Assembly (NCBI RefSeq): GCF_006345805.1 | Contig: NC_043000.1 | Location: 75,826,001-75,890,000 of the forward strand | DNA: 64,000 bases | Origin: Octopus sinensis | Taxonomy: Eukaryota | Direction: 5' to 3' | Shown: positions 12,633 to 25,707 of the stretch, in pieces | How the letters are laid out: each line of letters begins with the position of its first letter | Numbering within the stretch: position 1 is the stretch's first letter | The notes under the pieces: generated by a model | The model's input: only the letters and a program-made list of their open reading frames with translations | What the model was told of the DNA's origin: nothing | Databases searched by the model: none | Program-made: the position numbers and the translations under genes

Positions 12633-15600
12633 TTAAACAGGTTCTTTCACTCGCAACATACTTGCTATAGACTTCCATCTTTTATGAAACACACTTTGCG
12701 ACAGGCATTTCTTCTCCAGCCTTATTTTCCGTTTCATGTGGAAAACGAAAAAGTCGATTAGCTCGAGACTGGAGATAAACATGCCTGTTGCAATTCCTTT
12801 TACTCTCGTCTTCCACACTACTTCTTTTGCCATAGCAACTACCGAAAGAAAACAGGCTCGCTCCTCCCTATTCAGGAAGGTCGGCGGAACTATCTTAATT
12901 ACAGATTCGCTCGACAGTTGTAATCTTCTCGAATGCGACAGCAGGTGTTCGACATAAGTCCAGAGTTCAGTCACCTTGGGGCATTGCACAATCGCGTGCA
13001 GGACAGTTTCACTGTCCCTCTTACATCTTGCACAAACCGGCGAAGGTGCACACCCATGTCTAAAGAGCTTATCTCGAACCGGTAAAGCACCTCTGTAACA
13101 TTGCCAGGCCAGGGACTTTTGGTAATTATCCATAGGCCCCGGACCGAATGTTCTTTGGAACAGGCTGGCCAGTTGATTTTCGTCGAAGCCCAGAGTTTCT
13201 CCTAGGACGTCGTCACACTTAAACTCTACTAACCCTCTATAGAAGAAAGCAGTAGTAGCCCCGCCACCGGCGTTGCTCGACTGGGAGAGAAGCACGAGTG
13301 CCTGATAGCACTCTGCATGCCACATGCCCAACCTCGGTCTACACTTGATCCATGGGTTCAGTTCGTTAAACGATGTGAACTGTGGAAATAACAGCTTGAC
13401 AAACAGAGACCACACCTGCTCACCGTCCAGGTAAATCCAGAGGTGCCTAAGCCTGAGCGCATGTCTGCGCATTTTTAGCCACGGCATCCCTAACCCACCG
13501 TTCAGCGGCTTTTGGCAGCAAATAGAGCGCCTTACAAGAGGTCTGCTGCCCCTCCACAAAAAGCGAAAGAGCATGCGTTCCAGTTTGTTCAGCCACGAAT
13601 CGGGGCAAGGCACTACGGTTAGGCGGTAAGTGATTACAGAGGCGATAAACACTTCTGCAACCTCCGCCCTCCCTTTCAAGGACAGTTTCCGCTCAGACCA
13701 TGTCTGAGTTAGGAGAGCCACCTCGCTCCAGTTCTTCTCTATCTGGAGATCTGGACCTAACCAGATCCCAAGCATTTTCACCGGTCCTTCCGTCCAACGT
13801 CCTACGACGCTGTCGGAAGACATCGACTTGCCCCTCCAGGTGCCGAGTTGCAAGCCGACCGATTTATCCCGGTTGACTTTCGCTCCTGCCACCGCTTCGT
13901 AGTCCCTTAAGGCCTCACCCACCCACTGTAGGTGCTCGACTCGGGAAACGATGACGGTGATGTCGTCCGCATACGCCGAAGCTGACTTTCCGCACCCTAG
14001 ATCTTGCGGGGTGCCTCTCATAGTTTCCAACCTCCTCAGCAACGGCTCGAGGGCCAAAACGTAGAGAAGCGGGGAGAGAGGACACCCTTGACGTACCGAA
14101 CGTTCAATGCTGAATGGTTCTGAAAGGAAACCATTTACCCGAACTACCGATTCGATGTTGCTGTATAAAGCGATGATCCATTCACGGAAGGTCGGGCCTA
14201 AGCCAGCCGCCGCGAGGACCGTCTCCAGATACTGATGATCCACCCTATCAAACGCTTTCGATTGGTCCAAGTGGACCATAGCCCCACCCTTGCCAGGAAT
14301 CCTATTTACCCTTTCTAAGGCATAGCGTAGAAAGTGGAGATTGTCGTGGATGGTCCTTCCAGGGATGGCGCAAGTTTGCGCCTCGCCAACAAGTTCACCC
14401 ACGACCCTCGCCAACCTTTTTGCTAAGGCCTTGGCCAAGATCTTCAACTCTGCGTTATGCAGAGTGATAGGCCGGAAATTATCAATTAAATCCCCCTTGT
14501 TTGGGTCCTTTCTTAACAGCGCTACCACCCCTCGGCTCACAGACTTAGGAATTCTCCCGTTCTGCTGCCAGTTGGTGTACACGCATGCAAGTAGGTGCCC
14601 AAACAAGTCTGGCATGCTACTATAGAGTTCGTAAGGCAGACCATCGAGTCCCGGCGATTTGTCCCCGCCACAGTCTGCCAACATATCCTCGACTTCTTTG
14701 GCTGTGATCGGCGCCTCACAAGATTCCGCGTCCGGCCTCAATAGACGCGGCGAACCGGCTAAGAAGTCTGCGAGCTTCTCCCCGCGCTCCAGCTCACCGC
14801 TCCTCCCGAATAGCTGGGCGAAATGATCATGAAACACCTTGCACATCTCCTCGGGTTCGTTTACTAATTGACCATTTGGGCCCGTCAAGGATCGAATGGT
14901 TGAGTTGTTGCCACGCTGGCCCTCTACCACCCGGGCCCATCCGGCTGCGTTGATCCCTTCCTGTCTCATTGCACGGATTTTAGCCCTGACAATGCACCCT
15001 TCATGTTTAGCTTTGAGGTGTTGGTCTAGTGCTAACCTCGCCGCTAACACTTTCGATGCACTGCCTGATCTCATTGCCTCCTATATTGCCTTAACTAGTT
15101 CCTTTTCTACTTTGTTTCTAGCACTAGCTAGTTCTTTGCTAAACCTAATTGACTCAAATTTGATGGCTCTTTTCAGGGCGTACCACCATTTATTGTTGAT
15201 AATGGATCCGGTTAACGCCCTCATTACTAATTGTTTAATCCGATTCCTGTAGGCTTCACAGTCCAATAGTGACTTGTTTAGCTTCCAGTAGCCGGTACCT
15301 CGTCTACACATGCTATCTATGTCGAGCGTACAGGTCACTAATTTGTGATCGCTGTAGCTGACGATATGGTGTTGTGGACAGCTAAGTATTTTCTTATCTT
15401 TCCTTCTAGTTATGATTCTATCGATATAAGATCTGGACGACCCGTCGTTTCTTGCCCAGGTCCACTCTGGAATGTCTGGATGGTCCAGTCTGAATCTATC
15501 TGCCAATTCGAAACGACTTAGCATATCGTTGAGGTGAGGTAATCCCCTCGTATTCTTTCTTGAGCCAACATAATCTACGCTTGCATCACAAATTATGTTG

Positions 15601-16037
15601 AAGTCACCAAGCAATACTAACGTGTTCGACGTGCCAAGAAAATTCTCTAGGCTTTTGAAATACTCTTTCTGCCCGGCTTTTCCTTCGCAGGGAGCATAGA
15701 CAGCGACCAGCCTGAACACTTTACCACTGCTGTGCGTCACATCCAAAACGACCAACCTGCCTTCCGGATCTATAAAGACAGTTCTAATCTCTAAATCCAG
15801 GTTTTTCCTGACCAGCACTGCCACTCCTCCTCCCCCTCCAGGTCGACAGGGAGAAATGTATTTCTCGTAGCCGTTTAGAAGGGGCGAAAAAGCCTGCAGC
15901 CCACTCAGTCTGGATTCGGTAATTACCACTACATCCAAACGATGCGACCTAAGGTCGTTAAGGAGGTAGCCTTGCTTCCAATACGATCCCAGGCCGCGAA
16001 TATTTATACAACCGAGTTTAAACGAGAATGTGAAAAT
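12633..16037 (-). pseudogene. ORF2 APE endonuclease-reverse transcriptase with one in-frame TAG
   Basis: The two track ORFs share a frame (KAI*EAMRSG at 15081-15083). Motifs: KLGCINIRG, LGDFN, SDH, WKLN, KSPGLDG, DQSKAFDRV, QGCPLSP, YADD, CARC..ETVLH...C. Frame is open from 16037 but has no ATG there. Confidence 0.92.
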
Positions 16038-16056
16038 TTAGTTGAATGTTTAAAAC

Positions 16057-17655
16057 TTACTGTTTTAACAGAAGAGAAGGTGTAGTTTCACCCTCATCTT
16101 TTCTGTCTGTGAGTGTTGTGTTTTGCGAGGTCAGTTTTTTTGCGAATTGCTTGTACAGATGGCTTGAAAAGTTCATCTGTAACGGGCCTACGTCCTCCAC
16201 AAAAGATTTTTTAATTTCAAAATAATCCTCGTTATCTATCGTATAAAATTCTACATTTTCGGATATAATACTATTTATATCTGTTGCGATATATTTTTTC
16301 GCCGATTTCAGTAAATTAATTTTTTCCCTTAATGGGTTATTGTTTTTATTTATCGCTGTGAAGGTGTTTCTTTTTTTGTTGTTAGGTGATTGTGGAGGGG
16401 GCTGTGTGTGTGCTTGTAGAAGCGTGGGTGTTTGTAGGTGTGTGCGTGCTTGTGGTAGGTGTGTGAGTGTTTGTGTGTGTGCTTTTTCCAGTGTGTGTGT
16501 TTTTTTGGCTACGTGTGTGTTTGCGACTGTATTTGTGGGTGTGGGTGTGCTTGTCTGTGTCAGAGTATAGTCCTGTGTATCCGAAGAGGGTGGATTTTTC
16601 CGTTTCCGTCTTCTTTTTGAAGCTTCCACGTTGACCCACTCCTGGATGTTGTTGATGTTGTTGTCATCGTTGTTGTCGTTGTTTTCTCCCGTTGTCGGCT
16701 GAATTTCGGCAATTGGGGTGCGCGACGTGGCTGCTATTTCTAGCGGTGAAGTTGTTTTCGGCGTCGTGCTTGCCTCTGTAGTATTTTCTTTCGTTGTCTT
16801 CTTGCAGCTTGACCGTATGTGGCCTTTCTCGCCACATTTATAGCATCTCGGTTTTCTTCCCTCGACTATTACCATCAAGGTGGTATCTCCAATGGTGAGG
16901 GTGCTTGGCAATTTTTCCAAGTCCGAGGGGTTCGCTTGGATCACAAGCTCTAAGTCCTGTCCATACCAGGTTGTGGGGCGATATCTTTTAGACTGAAGAA
17001 TGGCAATTTCTTCCTCTTTGCCTAAGAGAATCGCTGCTGTTATGAAGTCCACATCTATTTCGGGCGGAATGTCCGTAACCGTTATTCTACTAGTTCTCAT
17101 TCCTAAATAAAATGGTAAAAGAACTACCTCTTCCGACTTCAACGTTCTTGTTGAATGTTCCCTAGCTATTTCTTCGCTAGGGAAACGCACCTCTACCGTG
17201 CCGAAGCGACTGCCCCTTGTTATATAACTTCTTTGTTGCCATATCGGCCTCAAACATTTTTCAATGGCTTCTCTCTGTACGAAGTCAATTTTCTTATTTT
17301 TGACATTATAAGTCTTGTAAATTACAGTTTTTCTCTCCGTCGCGTAAATTAATTCACTGGGAGGGAACAACTTCACATTATCACCTTCTTTTTTTAATAA
17401 ACTTTGGTACTTCTTTAATCCTTCTTTGTTAATAACGATGTTTTCACAGGGGCGAGTTGCTGCACTCGCAAAATTTATTTTTGCCTTTTCTTGTCGTTTA
17501 CTAGCTTCGCCAGACATATTGTCGTCTGCTTTTGTGACGCTCGCGTGAGACGTCTCTTTACTTCTACCTTCCTCATCCCGCATTTTCTCCTTCATGCCTT
17601 CAAACAAATTTTCAACGTTTTCCTCCGACTCGGAGGAGACTGGTTGCAAATTCAT
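16057..17655 (-). CDS. LINE ORF1 nucleic-acid-binding protein (CCHC zinc knuckle)
   Basis: Open frame; first ATG at 17655 (MNLQPV, ~532 aa); CYKCGEKGHIRSSC knuckle; T/P-rich tail. Confidence 0.88.
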   Translation of the reverse strand: MNLQPVSSESEENVENLFEGMKEKMRDEEGRSKETSHASVTKADDNMSGEASKRQEKAKINFASAATRPCENIVINKEGLKKYQSLLKKEGDNVKLFPPSELIYATERKTVIYKTYNVKNKKIDFVQREAIEKCLRPIWQQRSYITRGSRFGTVEVRFPSEEIAREHSTRTLKSEEVVLLPFYLGMRTSRITVTDIPPEIDVDFITAAILLGKEEEIAILQSKRYRPTTWYGQDLELVIQANPSDLEKLPSTLTIGDTTLMVIVEGRKPRCYKCGEKGHIRSSCKKTTKENTTEASTTPKTTSPLEIAATSRTPIAEIQPTTGENNDNNDDNNINNIQEWVNVEASKRRRKRKNPPSSDTQDYTLTQTSTPTPTNTVANTHVAKKTHTLEKAHTQTLTHLPQARTHLQTPTLLQAHTQPPPQSPNNKKRNTFTAINKNNNPLREKINLLKSAKKYIATDINSIISENVEFYTIDNEDYFEIKKSFVEDVGPLQMNFSSHLYKQFAKKLTSQNTTLTDRKDEGETTPSLLLKQ

Positions 17656-17814
17656 GTCTTTTTCGTCACTTTCCCCTTGAAACAAGGGGGAAAAAACAGC
17701 AGAACTCTGCTGCAATAGCAGAAAAGAAGTGGCCTCGACGACCAAAACAGCAAATTTTCAAACTTTTCAGCACAAAAACAATCTTTCAGTGCGGAGCAAA
17801 GAATAACACGACCG

Positions 17815-17817
<3 letters not shown>

Positions 17818-17899
<82 letters not shown>
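17818..17899. repeat. (GA)n microsatellite, 5' flank of the Tx1 element
   Basis: Direct inspection. Confidence 0.95.
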
Positions 17900-17903
<4 letters not shown>

Positions 17904-19812
17904 CTACTGTGCGTCAGAAACTGCGTGTCTGCAATTGACTTTATATCAACCAGTTGGATGGTGTTTTCTGAATGCTGTTTAAATTGATCGTCAATGGAAC
18001 AACCGTTACAAATGTGAGAGTAATATAAATGCTACAATGTACCAGTTGAATTTCATCATCATCGACAGTACAACTGTCCACAGAGATACGGCTTATAAAA
18101 CCCACAATTACTAGGGACTTACGTAAATAAAACTTACCGACTTGCATGTATGACATTTTCTTGCAGATCTTTTAATAAATTTTCGGTGCATCACTATACT
18201 GTAATAGCTAAAGATTTTAGCAAACACTAAGTAAAAGTCATCAAGATAATGATGTGTTTCTCACTGCTTAATTATTTTTATTAAGATGTTTGAGCTTACC
18301 ATACTAAATATATTAATACGAACTTAACTATTGTTTTTTCATGCATATAACGCATCTGAATGATTTACTCCAGTTATTCGTTTCTTGATTCAGACATTTG
18401 TGCAAACCTCAGGGTTCCGTTCTCACGCGTACCAATGTGCGAAATTGTCAAGTGTGTACGGGGGTAACAACATGCCAACCTATTTAAGACTATTTATTAT
18501 AAATCAACCTTTTCAATCACGTGTTTGTGATAAATTACTGTCGTTTATCTATACGTACTCAAGATGTAAATACATTGTTAGGGATAGGTACTGTATTTGT
18601 AAACACCTATATATCCAATGTCCTCCATTCCATAGATACATAATGTATATTGTGTTTTTTCAGTCATGTGAAGTATTTCAGAAAAATGTTCGCCCATGAA
18701 GTGAATATACGACCTTTGTATTCTCAGTTCGGAGTTGATAAACAAAACCACGCAAACAAGAAACACAAAGAAAAATAAACAAAACACAATAACAAAACAA
18801 CACCTAAAATATGTAAAGTGTACTACATATTTGTTGTTGTAGTTGTTATTTATTAACCTCAGGTCATCTCTTATCAACCAGATCAATGATCAAAGTTGTT
18901 GAGCTCCACGACAACCCTGATAAAGTAGATTTAGATTCAAAGGCATTTCATCCCTGACCATACAGACATAACCTATCCTGGATGATATTAACCACTGTGT
19001 CCTTTAACATGGTAAGAAATAATTTGAAAGAAATTCGAGTGCTATTTCTAGTTAGACGTTGTGTCTCAATAGGTGTTTGAATAAAACAGTTTTAGAGTCT
19101 TTACTACATATTCCGACGGTAAAAGAATAAGAGGGTAAAATACAAGAACAAAAATCTTTTAGTGGGAATGCGTGTGACTATAGCCCTGGTAATGTTATAA
19201 ATTATAACATTGGAAGCAAAATATTATTAATCTTCTGGTTCTAAACGAGTCATGATTAAGAGTACAAAGAAATACAAAAACAGATTAAAATTGATGGTCA
19301 CATTTATTTCAACACTAGTAGAAGATACAGCAAACTGGCACAACATGAATAATACTGTTAGTGAATATATAATGGTTCATCGTGGAGTTTGTACATGATG
19401 AGGTGCGCGCGAAAGGAACAATGTACAGCGTCAAAACCGTCTACCGATAAATCTCACCTCACGGAAGAAATAGCAGGAGAGATTTTCTTATATAGCTGAC
19501 GGTGGGACTCCAGCGAAGAAGCATAAATTTGAAGCGCTTTGCTGGTCTGGTAAATGGTCTGATTGGCTAATATGAAGCATTCAATCGGCACGAATGGGTT
19601 TGTCAATGTGAAGCCAGGTCATACGACCATATGCCGAATACAAGCGTACAAGCCGACATGAGCTTATTTAAGTCTAAACAACCAAATGGTAATTATACTT
19701 CTGCTACAAATTCAATAAAGACCCAGTTTTTATTTCACAAGAATATAGAAGAGATATTCGTCTAAATGGAAACAAAGATACAGTCTTCGGGGACATGGCA
19801 ATAATAATAATG

Positions 19813-19857
<45 letters not shown>

Positions 19858-19862
<5 letters not shown>

Positions 19863-20697
19863 CACGAGCAAAACAAAAAACTGTTCTCAGTATTTAAGGA
19901 AGCTGACAAATACAAACAAGAAATCATACCACCTAATAAACGTGAAGAAGAAGAAGAAGATGAAGAAACAACAAAAGCTATAAAACAAATGAAATCCAAA
20001 CTAAAAATAGAACAGCAACGAACCATGATAAAACGATGGCAAGAAAAGCCCCTTCATGGTAAATACTGGACTAAACTAAACGCAAAAGAAATAGACAAAG
20101 AAAAATCCCAGCAATGGTTGAGAAGCTCAGGACTCAAAGCAGAAACAGAGGGATTTTTAATTGCAGCACAAGACCAAAGCCTCCCCACCAGAAATTACCA
20201 AAAACATGTAATGAAAAGAAATATAACAAGTAACTGCAGAATATGTGGAGATGGACAAGAAACAATAAATCATATTATCTCTAGCTGCCCAGTCTTGGCT
20301 AAGAAGGAATATATTCACAGACATGACAGAGTTGGAACCTACATACATTGGAAGCTATGCCAACATTATGGAATAACAACAGAAAAAAGATGGTATAGGC
20401 ACACACCAGAAAAGGTCACAGAAAACGAGAAAGCAACCATACTCTGGGATATGCCGATACACACAGATAGAGAAATTAAGGCCAACAGACCAGATATAGT
20501 TGTCAGAGATCATGAAGAAAAAAAATGCTTTCTAATTGATGTATCAATACCGGCTGATGACAACGTGTCTCTAAAAGAAATGGAGAAACTCTCAAAATAC
20601 AAAGACCTGGAAATAGAGGTAACTAGAATGTGGAATCTGAAAACAGAAACAATTCCTATCATAGAAGTAAAAGCACGCTATAAAAATAAAACTACTG
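19858..20697 (+). mobile_element. R4/Dong family A fragment with internal deletion
   Basis: CRICGDGQETINHIISSC, RPDIVV..CFLIDVSIP..EKLSKY (REL); jumps from IPII to the last ~35 bp of the 3' UTR; (TAA)n on both sides. Confidence 0.92.
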
Positions 20698-20720
20698 AAT
20701 AATAATAATAATAATAATAA

Positions 20721-21307
20721 TAGGAAAGCAAAGGAAGACTACAAAAAGGACATAAAGAATTACGCAAGGAGGAACTACACAATCAATTCCATGCAACCAC
20801 AACAGAAGTTGCTGGAAAAAATAGGTGGGATTGGCTAATGAAAGGAACCCTAAAAAGAGAGACCGAGAGCACTATACTGGTAGCGCAAGACCAAACGCTG
20901 GTCCCGAACTGGAGGGTCAACCTGAAGAATGAGCAAGTGTCTCCACTGTGTCGCATCTACAATAGAGTGGATAAAACCGTTGCCCATGTCACGAACGAAT
21001 GCCCTAGACTTGTCCAAAACCACTACAAGTTGTGGAGACACGACCAGGTAGCGCAAGTGCTACATTAGAAACTGTTTGAAAAGTGGGGGTTAGAGAGAGG
21101 CAAGACGTGGTATGAGCACAAACCGCAGAGAGTAGCAGGGTCGGAGACTAGTAAAATCCTCTGGGTTTTCCCAATCCAAACAGATCAGGGGCTAGAGCAT
21201 GACAGACCGGACCTAATGGTGGTGGACAAGGTGCACCACATATGCAATATAGTTGACGTTGCATGCCCCCTTGACCCACGAATAATCAAGAAGGAAAGCG
21301 AAAAGAT

Positions 21308-21387
<80 letters not shown>

Positions 21388-21686
21388 CAACATTCTTAAG
21401 TACGAAATAACCCGGCTATAGAAAATGAAAACGGTAAAGATAGCATCAATTATTGTTGGGTCCTCGAGAACAGTATCAGAAGTCATCAAAAGGGATATAA
21501 AGAAAATTGGAATAGAGTACCCAGTAGAACTGTAACAAAGGATTTGCCTCCTTGGCACGGTCAGCATAATCAGGAAAGTATTAGATAGCTGAAAAGAACG
21601 AATAGCATGGTACCGTAAGCTGCAGGAAATAAGCCTGCTACGCATGCAAGACTCCAGGAACCCCAACAAAACCTGTGATAAAGAGA
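20721..21686 (+). mobile_element. R4/Dong-clade family B 3' fragment, interrupted by (GATA)n
   Basis: LKRETESTILVAQDQTL, CRIYNRVDKTVAH..C, DRPDL, LLGTVSIIRKVL. Confidence 0.85.
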
Positions 21687-21712
21687 TAATAATGATGATG
21701 ATGATGATGATG

Positions 21713-21744
<32 letters not shown>

Positions 21745-21746
<2 letters not shown>

Positions 21747-23457
21747 GCTAAACAGAAAAGAAATAGACAAAGCAAAATCCCAACAAAGGATGAGAAGCTG
21801 AGGACAGCTTAGAGACTGAGGGATTTTTAATTGCAGCACAAAATCAAAGCCTTCCCACCAGAAATCAACAAAAACACAAAATGAAAAGAAATACAAGTAA
21901 CTGCAGAATATGTTGTGATGGAGAAGAAACAATAAATCATATTGTCTCTGGCTGCCCAGTCCTAGCTAAGAAGAAATATATTCACAAACTCGACAGAGTT
22001 GAAACCTATATATACTGGAAGCTATGCCAATACTATGGAATAACAACAGAAAAATGATGGTATAGGCTCCCGCCAGAAGAGGTCACAGAAAATGAGAAGG
22101 CAACCATACTCTAGGATACACCAATACACACAGATAGAGAAATTAAGGTCAATAGGCCGGATATAGTTGTCAGAGATCACCAAGAAAAAATGCTTTCAAA
22201 TCGAAGTATCAATATCAACAAATGACAATGTTTCTCTAAAAGAAACGGAAAAACGTTTAAAATATAACGATCTGGAAATAGAGGTAACTCGAATGTAGAG
22301 ACTGACTGAATCTTTACCTTTTGACCGGCAGATTTAGAAAATAGTTTTTTGTGATTAAACACTTTCAGACTTCGTATACTGGTAGAATGTGTCATATAAA
22401 ACATCTTTTATTCTTAGCGTTTTTGAGAAGAGTTTATGTTTACGAAGTTATTTCGTGTTAAAGTTCTCGTATTTCGGTAATTTCAACCAATCAATGACGT
22501 GTATTCAGCAGAATAAAATTACTTCTGTTGTTTGTTAACAACAACTTCCGGTGGTGTATATTTCGTTTGTCATTGTTATTTATGACATATTTAATCTCAG
22601 TTATGTTTGTATGAATAAATGAGTGTCTGAAGCATGTTTACTTCATGGCACCACCATAATCGTTTGTGCATTTCTATTGCTTTTAGTTTTTTTTTTCCTG
22701 TTTTTCAGCTACTATTTTCGGAAAGTCTTTTTGCCCCCCCCCCCATTCCCCATACGCCTCCAATTTCTTCATTTTTCATTTTTTTCCCTAACTCTAACCA
22801 TAAAACCCCAACCCTAACCCTAACCCTAAAACCTTAACCCTAACCCTAACCTTAAAACCCTAACCCTAACCCTAAAACCTTAAAGCTAAAATCAGTACAA
22901 ACGTACGAACGATGTCATAAATAACAGTGACAAACGAAACATACACCGCCAATAGATATTGTTGACAAACAATAGCAGTAATTTCATTCAGCTGAATACA
23001 CGTCATTGATTGGTTGAAATTACCGAAATACGAGATTTTTAACACGAAATACCTTCGTAAACATCAACTTTTCTCAAAAGCGCTAAGTGTAAAAGATGTT
23101 TTATATGACACATTCTACCAGTATAAGAAGTTTGAAAGTGTTTAGTTACAAAAAATTATTTTCTAAATCTGCCGGTCTAAAGGTAAAGATCCTGGAGCCT
23201 AAAAACAGAAACAATTCCTATCATAGTAGGTGCATTAGGTATGAAAAAACAACAACATTCAAACAAATACATAAAAAAACAAGACTTATAAGTATATATA
23301 ACATAGAGAAAATAGCGCTACTAGGTACAGCATACATCTTACATAAAACACTTTCAAAACAGTGAATATAAGAGCACCACAACAAACCACAGCACTTACC
23401 CAAGGCACACATAGTTTTGTAGTGCAGTGAAAGCACGTGATAAAAATAAGACTACTG
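21745..23457 (+). mobile_element. Decayed R4/Dong family A 3' fragment split by a foldback insertion
   Basis: Homologous to 36200-37013; broken at VTRM/WSLKTE by 22308-23192. Confidence 0.85.
22308..23192. mobile_element. Foldback/MITE-like element, ~281-bp TIRs, (TAACCC)n core
   Basis: 22308-22588 is the reverse complement of 22912-23192 (both strands give MFYMTHSTSIRSLKVF); telomere-type repeats at ~22787-22884. Confidence 0.9.
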
Positions 23458-23564
23458 AATAATAACAACAACAACGACAACAATAATAATAATTAATTCT
23501 TTTTATTGGCCACAAAGGGCTGACAAATATGATTAGAAAACATAAAGGGACAAAACATATTACC

Positions 23565-24131
23565 AGTCAATACACGCCACTAGCCCAGAAAGAATATAAG
23601 AGACGTCATGACTGTATTGCAAGGATTGTCTATTGGACACTTTGCAACAAGTATGGACTTGTCAGAGCAAAAGAGTGGTACGAACATAAACCCGAAAGCA
23701 TCATCGAAAATGATAATGTAATGATCCTATGGGATTTTATGATTCAGTGCGACCATGAGATAGTGAATAGGGGAACCAGACATTGTCTTAATTGAGAAAG
23801 AAAGCAAACGATGCTGGATCGTAGATATATTATGCCCAGCTGACATCAAGGTATGCGATAATGAAGAAAGAAAAGTCGATAGATATGACAGGTAGCTTGG
23901 GAGGTTAAGCAGTTGTGATCGCTGAAAAATGTGGTAGTAGTACCAATAATTGTCGGAGCCCTGAGAACAATGAGTAAAAATCTAGATAAGTACATGGAAC
24001 AAGTAGGGGCTGGAATAAGGGTGGAGTATTTGCAGAAAACAGCACTGCTTGGAACCGCCCGAATACTCCGGATGGTGCTGGAAAAATAAGAAGTATTACC
24101 TTAGTTCACAGTGTTAGATGCTGTGCAAAGA
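23565..24131 (+). mobile_element. R4/Dong-clade family C 3' fragment
   Basis: LAQKEYKRRHD, ILWDFMIQCDH, KTALLGTARILR; followed by (AAT)n. Confidence 0.85.
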
Positions 24132-24188
24132 TAATAACACAATAATAATAATAATAACAATAACAATAAAAATATTAATGATAATCAA

Positions 24189-24223
<35 letters not shown>

Positions 24224-24242
24224 TGATGATGATGATGATAAT

Positions 24243-25233
24243 AGTTTCTAGGACTGTATCAAAGCAGAGAAAAACAGTGTAGGGTGGTATATAAAAAATG
24301 GCGTGGAGCCACTGCTGAAACACATGAAGAAAGCCAGCGTCATCAAAACTGAAAATTCTGTAACAAAAGAAAAATTTAAACAAGAAATGAACAAAAAATA
24401 AAGAAGAAGAAAAAGCATGGAAGAAAAAGAAAATGTACGGTCAGTTTGCAAGAGATGTGAACGCCAAGACAGTTATAGAGGACCGCTGGTTATGGACGAG
24501 GAGGAGTGACCTGAAGATAGAAACAGAAGCACTCATGTGCGCAGCTCAGGAACAAGCGTTATGAAATGCGGAATAGACTACACTACCGATAGCGACAAAC
24601 GCAGAATGTGTGGTGAAGGGGGGGGGCGGTATGGCCCGAAATTGGCACAACGCGAATACAAAAGACGCCATTACAAAGTGGCAAGAACGATCCATTGGGA
24701 GCTCTGTGGAAATCATGGCCTACAAAGAGCAAATACGTGGTATGAGAAAACTCCAGATGGAGTCACCGAAAATGAGAATTGTAAAATCCTGTGGGATGCA
24801 ATGATCCATTGCGATCACCCGATCAGACATCGGAAACCGGGCATTGTTGTGGTGAATAAAAAAGAAAGAACATGTATAATAAACGACATAGCATATCCCG
24901 GTGACAACAAGATCAATGTGAAAGAAGGAAAAATAAATAACTACGGCGATTTGAAATGGGAAATACGAAGGTTGTGGACAATGAAGAGATTAGACGTGAT
25001 ACTAATAGTAATTGGTGCACTTACAAGTATTAGCACTCTGCTACTAGCATGGCTAAAAAAGAGTGGTGCAAGTGTGCAGGTAGAACACCTACAAAAATCA
25101 GCATTGCTTGGAACTGCAAGAATTCTCCTCAGGCTTCTCGAAGCATGACCAGTAAACAAATGTCACCTTAGTCTGCTAGCTGTGGATAGCTGACACTTTC
25201 CATCATACCCAGTAAAACAAGCTGTGAGTTTTC

Positions 25234-25235
<2 letters not shown>
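24243..25235 (+). mobile_element. R4/Dong-clade family D 3' fragment
   Basis: LAQREYKRRH, ILWDAMIHCD, KPGIVVV, KSALLGTARILLRLLEA; (AAT)n flanks. Confidence 0.85.
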
Positions 25236-25281
<46 letters not shown>

Positions 25282-25283
25282 TG

Positions 25284-25641
25284 ATTGATGTATCAATACC
25301 GGCAGATGACAACGTGTCTCTAAAAGAAATGGAGAAACTCTCAAAATACAAAGACCTGGAAATAGAGGTAACTCGAATGTGGAATCTGAAAACAGAAACA
25401 ATTCCTATCATAGTAGGTGCATTAGGCATGATAAAAAAATATTCAGACAAATACATAACAAAAACACCAGGACTTACAAACATACAGAAAATTGCACTAC
25501 TAGGCACTGCACACATCCTACGCAGAACACTTTCCATACAATAACCATCAGAGCATCACAACAAATCACAGCACATACCCAAGGCACACAGAGCTGCGCT
25601 CGGTAGTGAAGTGAAAGCACGCTATAAAAATAAAACTACTG
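25284..25641 (+). mobile_element. R4/Dong family A short 3' fragment
   Basis: IDVSIPADD...KIALLGTAHILRRTLSIQ plus the family A 3' UTR. Confidence 0.92.
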
Positions 25642-25644
25642 AAC

Positions 25645-25707
<63 letters not shown>

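Larger units (their letters stand above)
12411..17817 (-). mobile_element. Full-length Tx1/L1-clade LINE inserted in a (TC)n array (Kibi-like)
   Basis: Short 5' UTR, ORF1, ORF2 (APE-RT-CCHC), ~220-bp 3' UTR ending AATAAAGAAATA directly followed by (CT)n; 5' end also abuts (TC)n. Confidence 0.95.

Noticed and set aside
19380-19700. Possible promoter (CpG-containing, reverse CCAAT box CTGATTGGCT)
   Set aside because: A single short motif is expected by chance and no downstream gene is evident.
20655-20680. Splicing as the cause of the Dong internal deletion (GTAGGT donor-like site)
   Set aside because: The junction does not match the GT-AG product exactly; microhomology (TAG) explains it better.
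22787-22884. True chromosome end or fusion scar
   Set aside because: The tract is short, degenerate, single-orientation and enclosed by the TIRs of an insertion.
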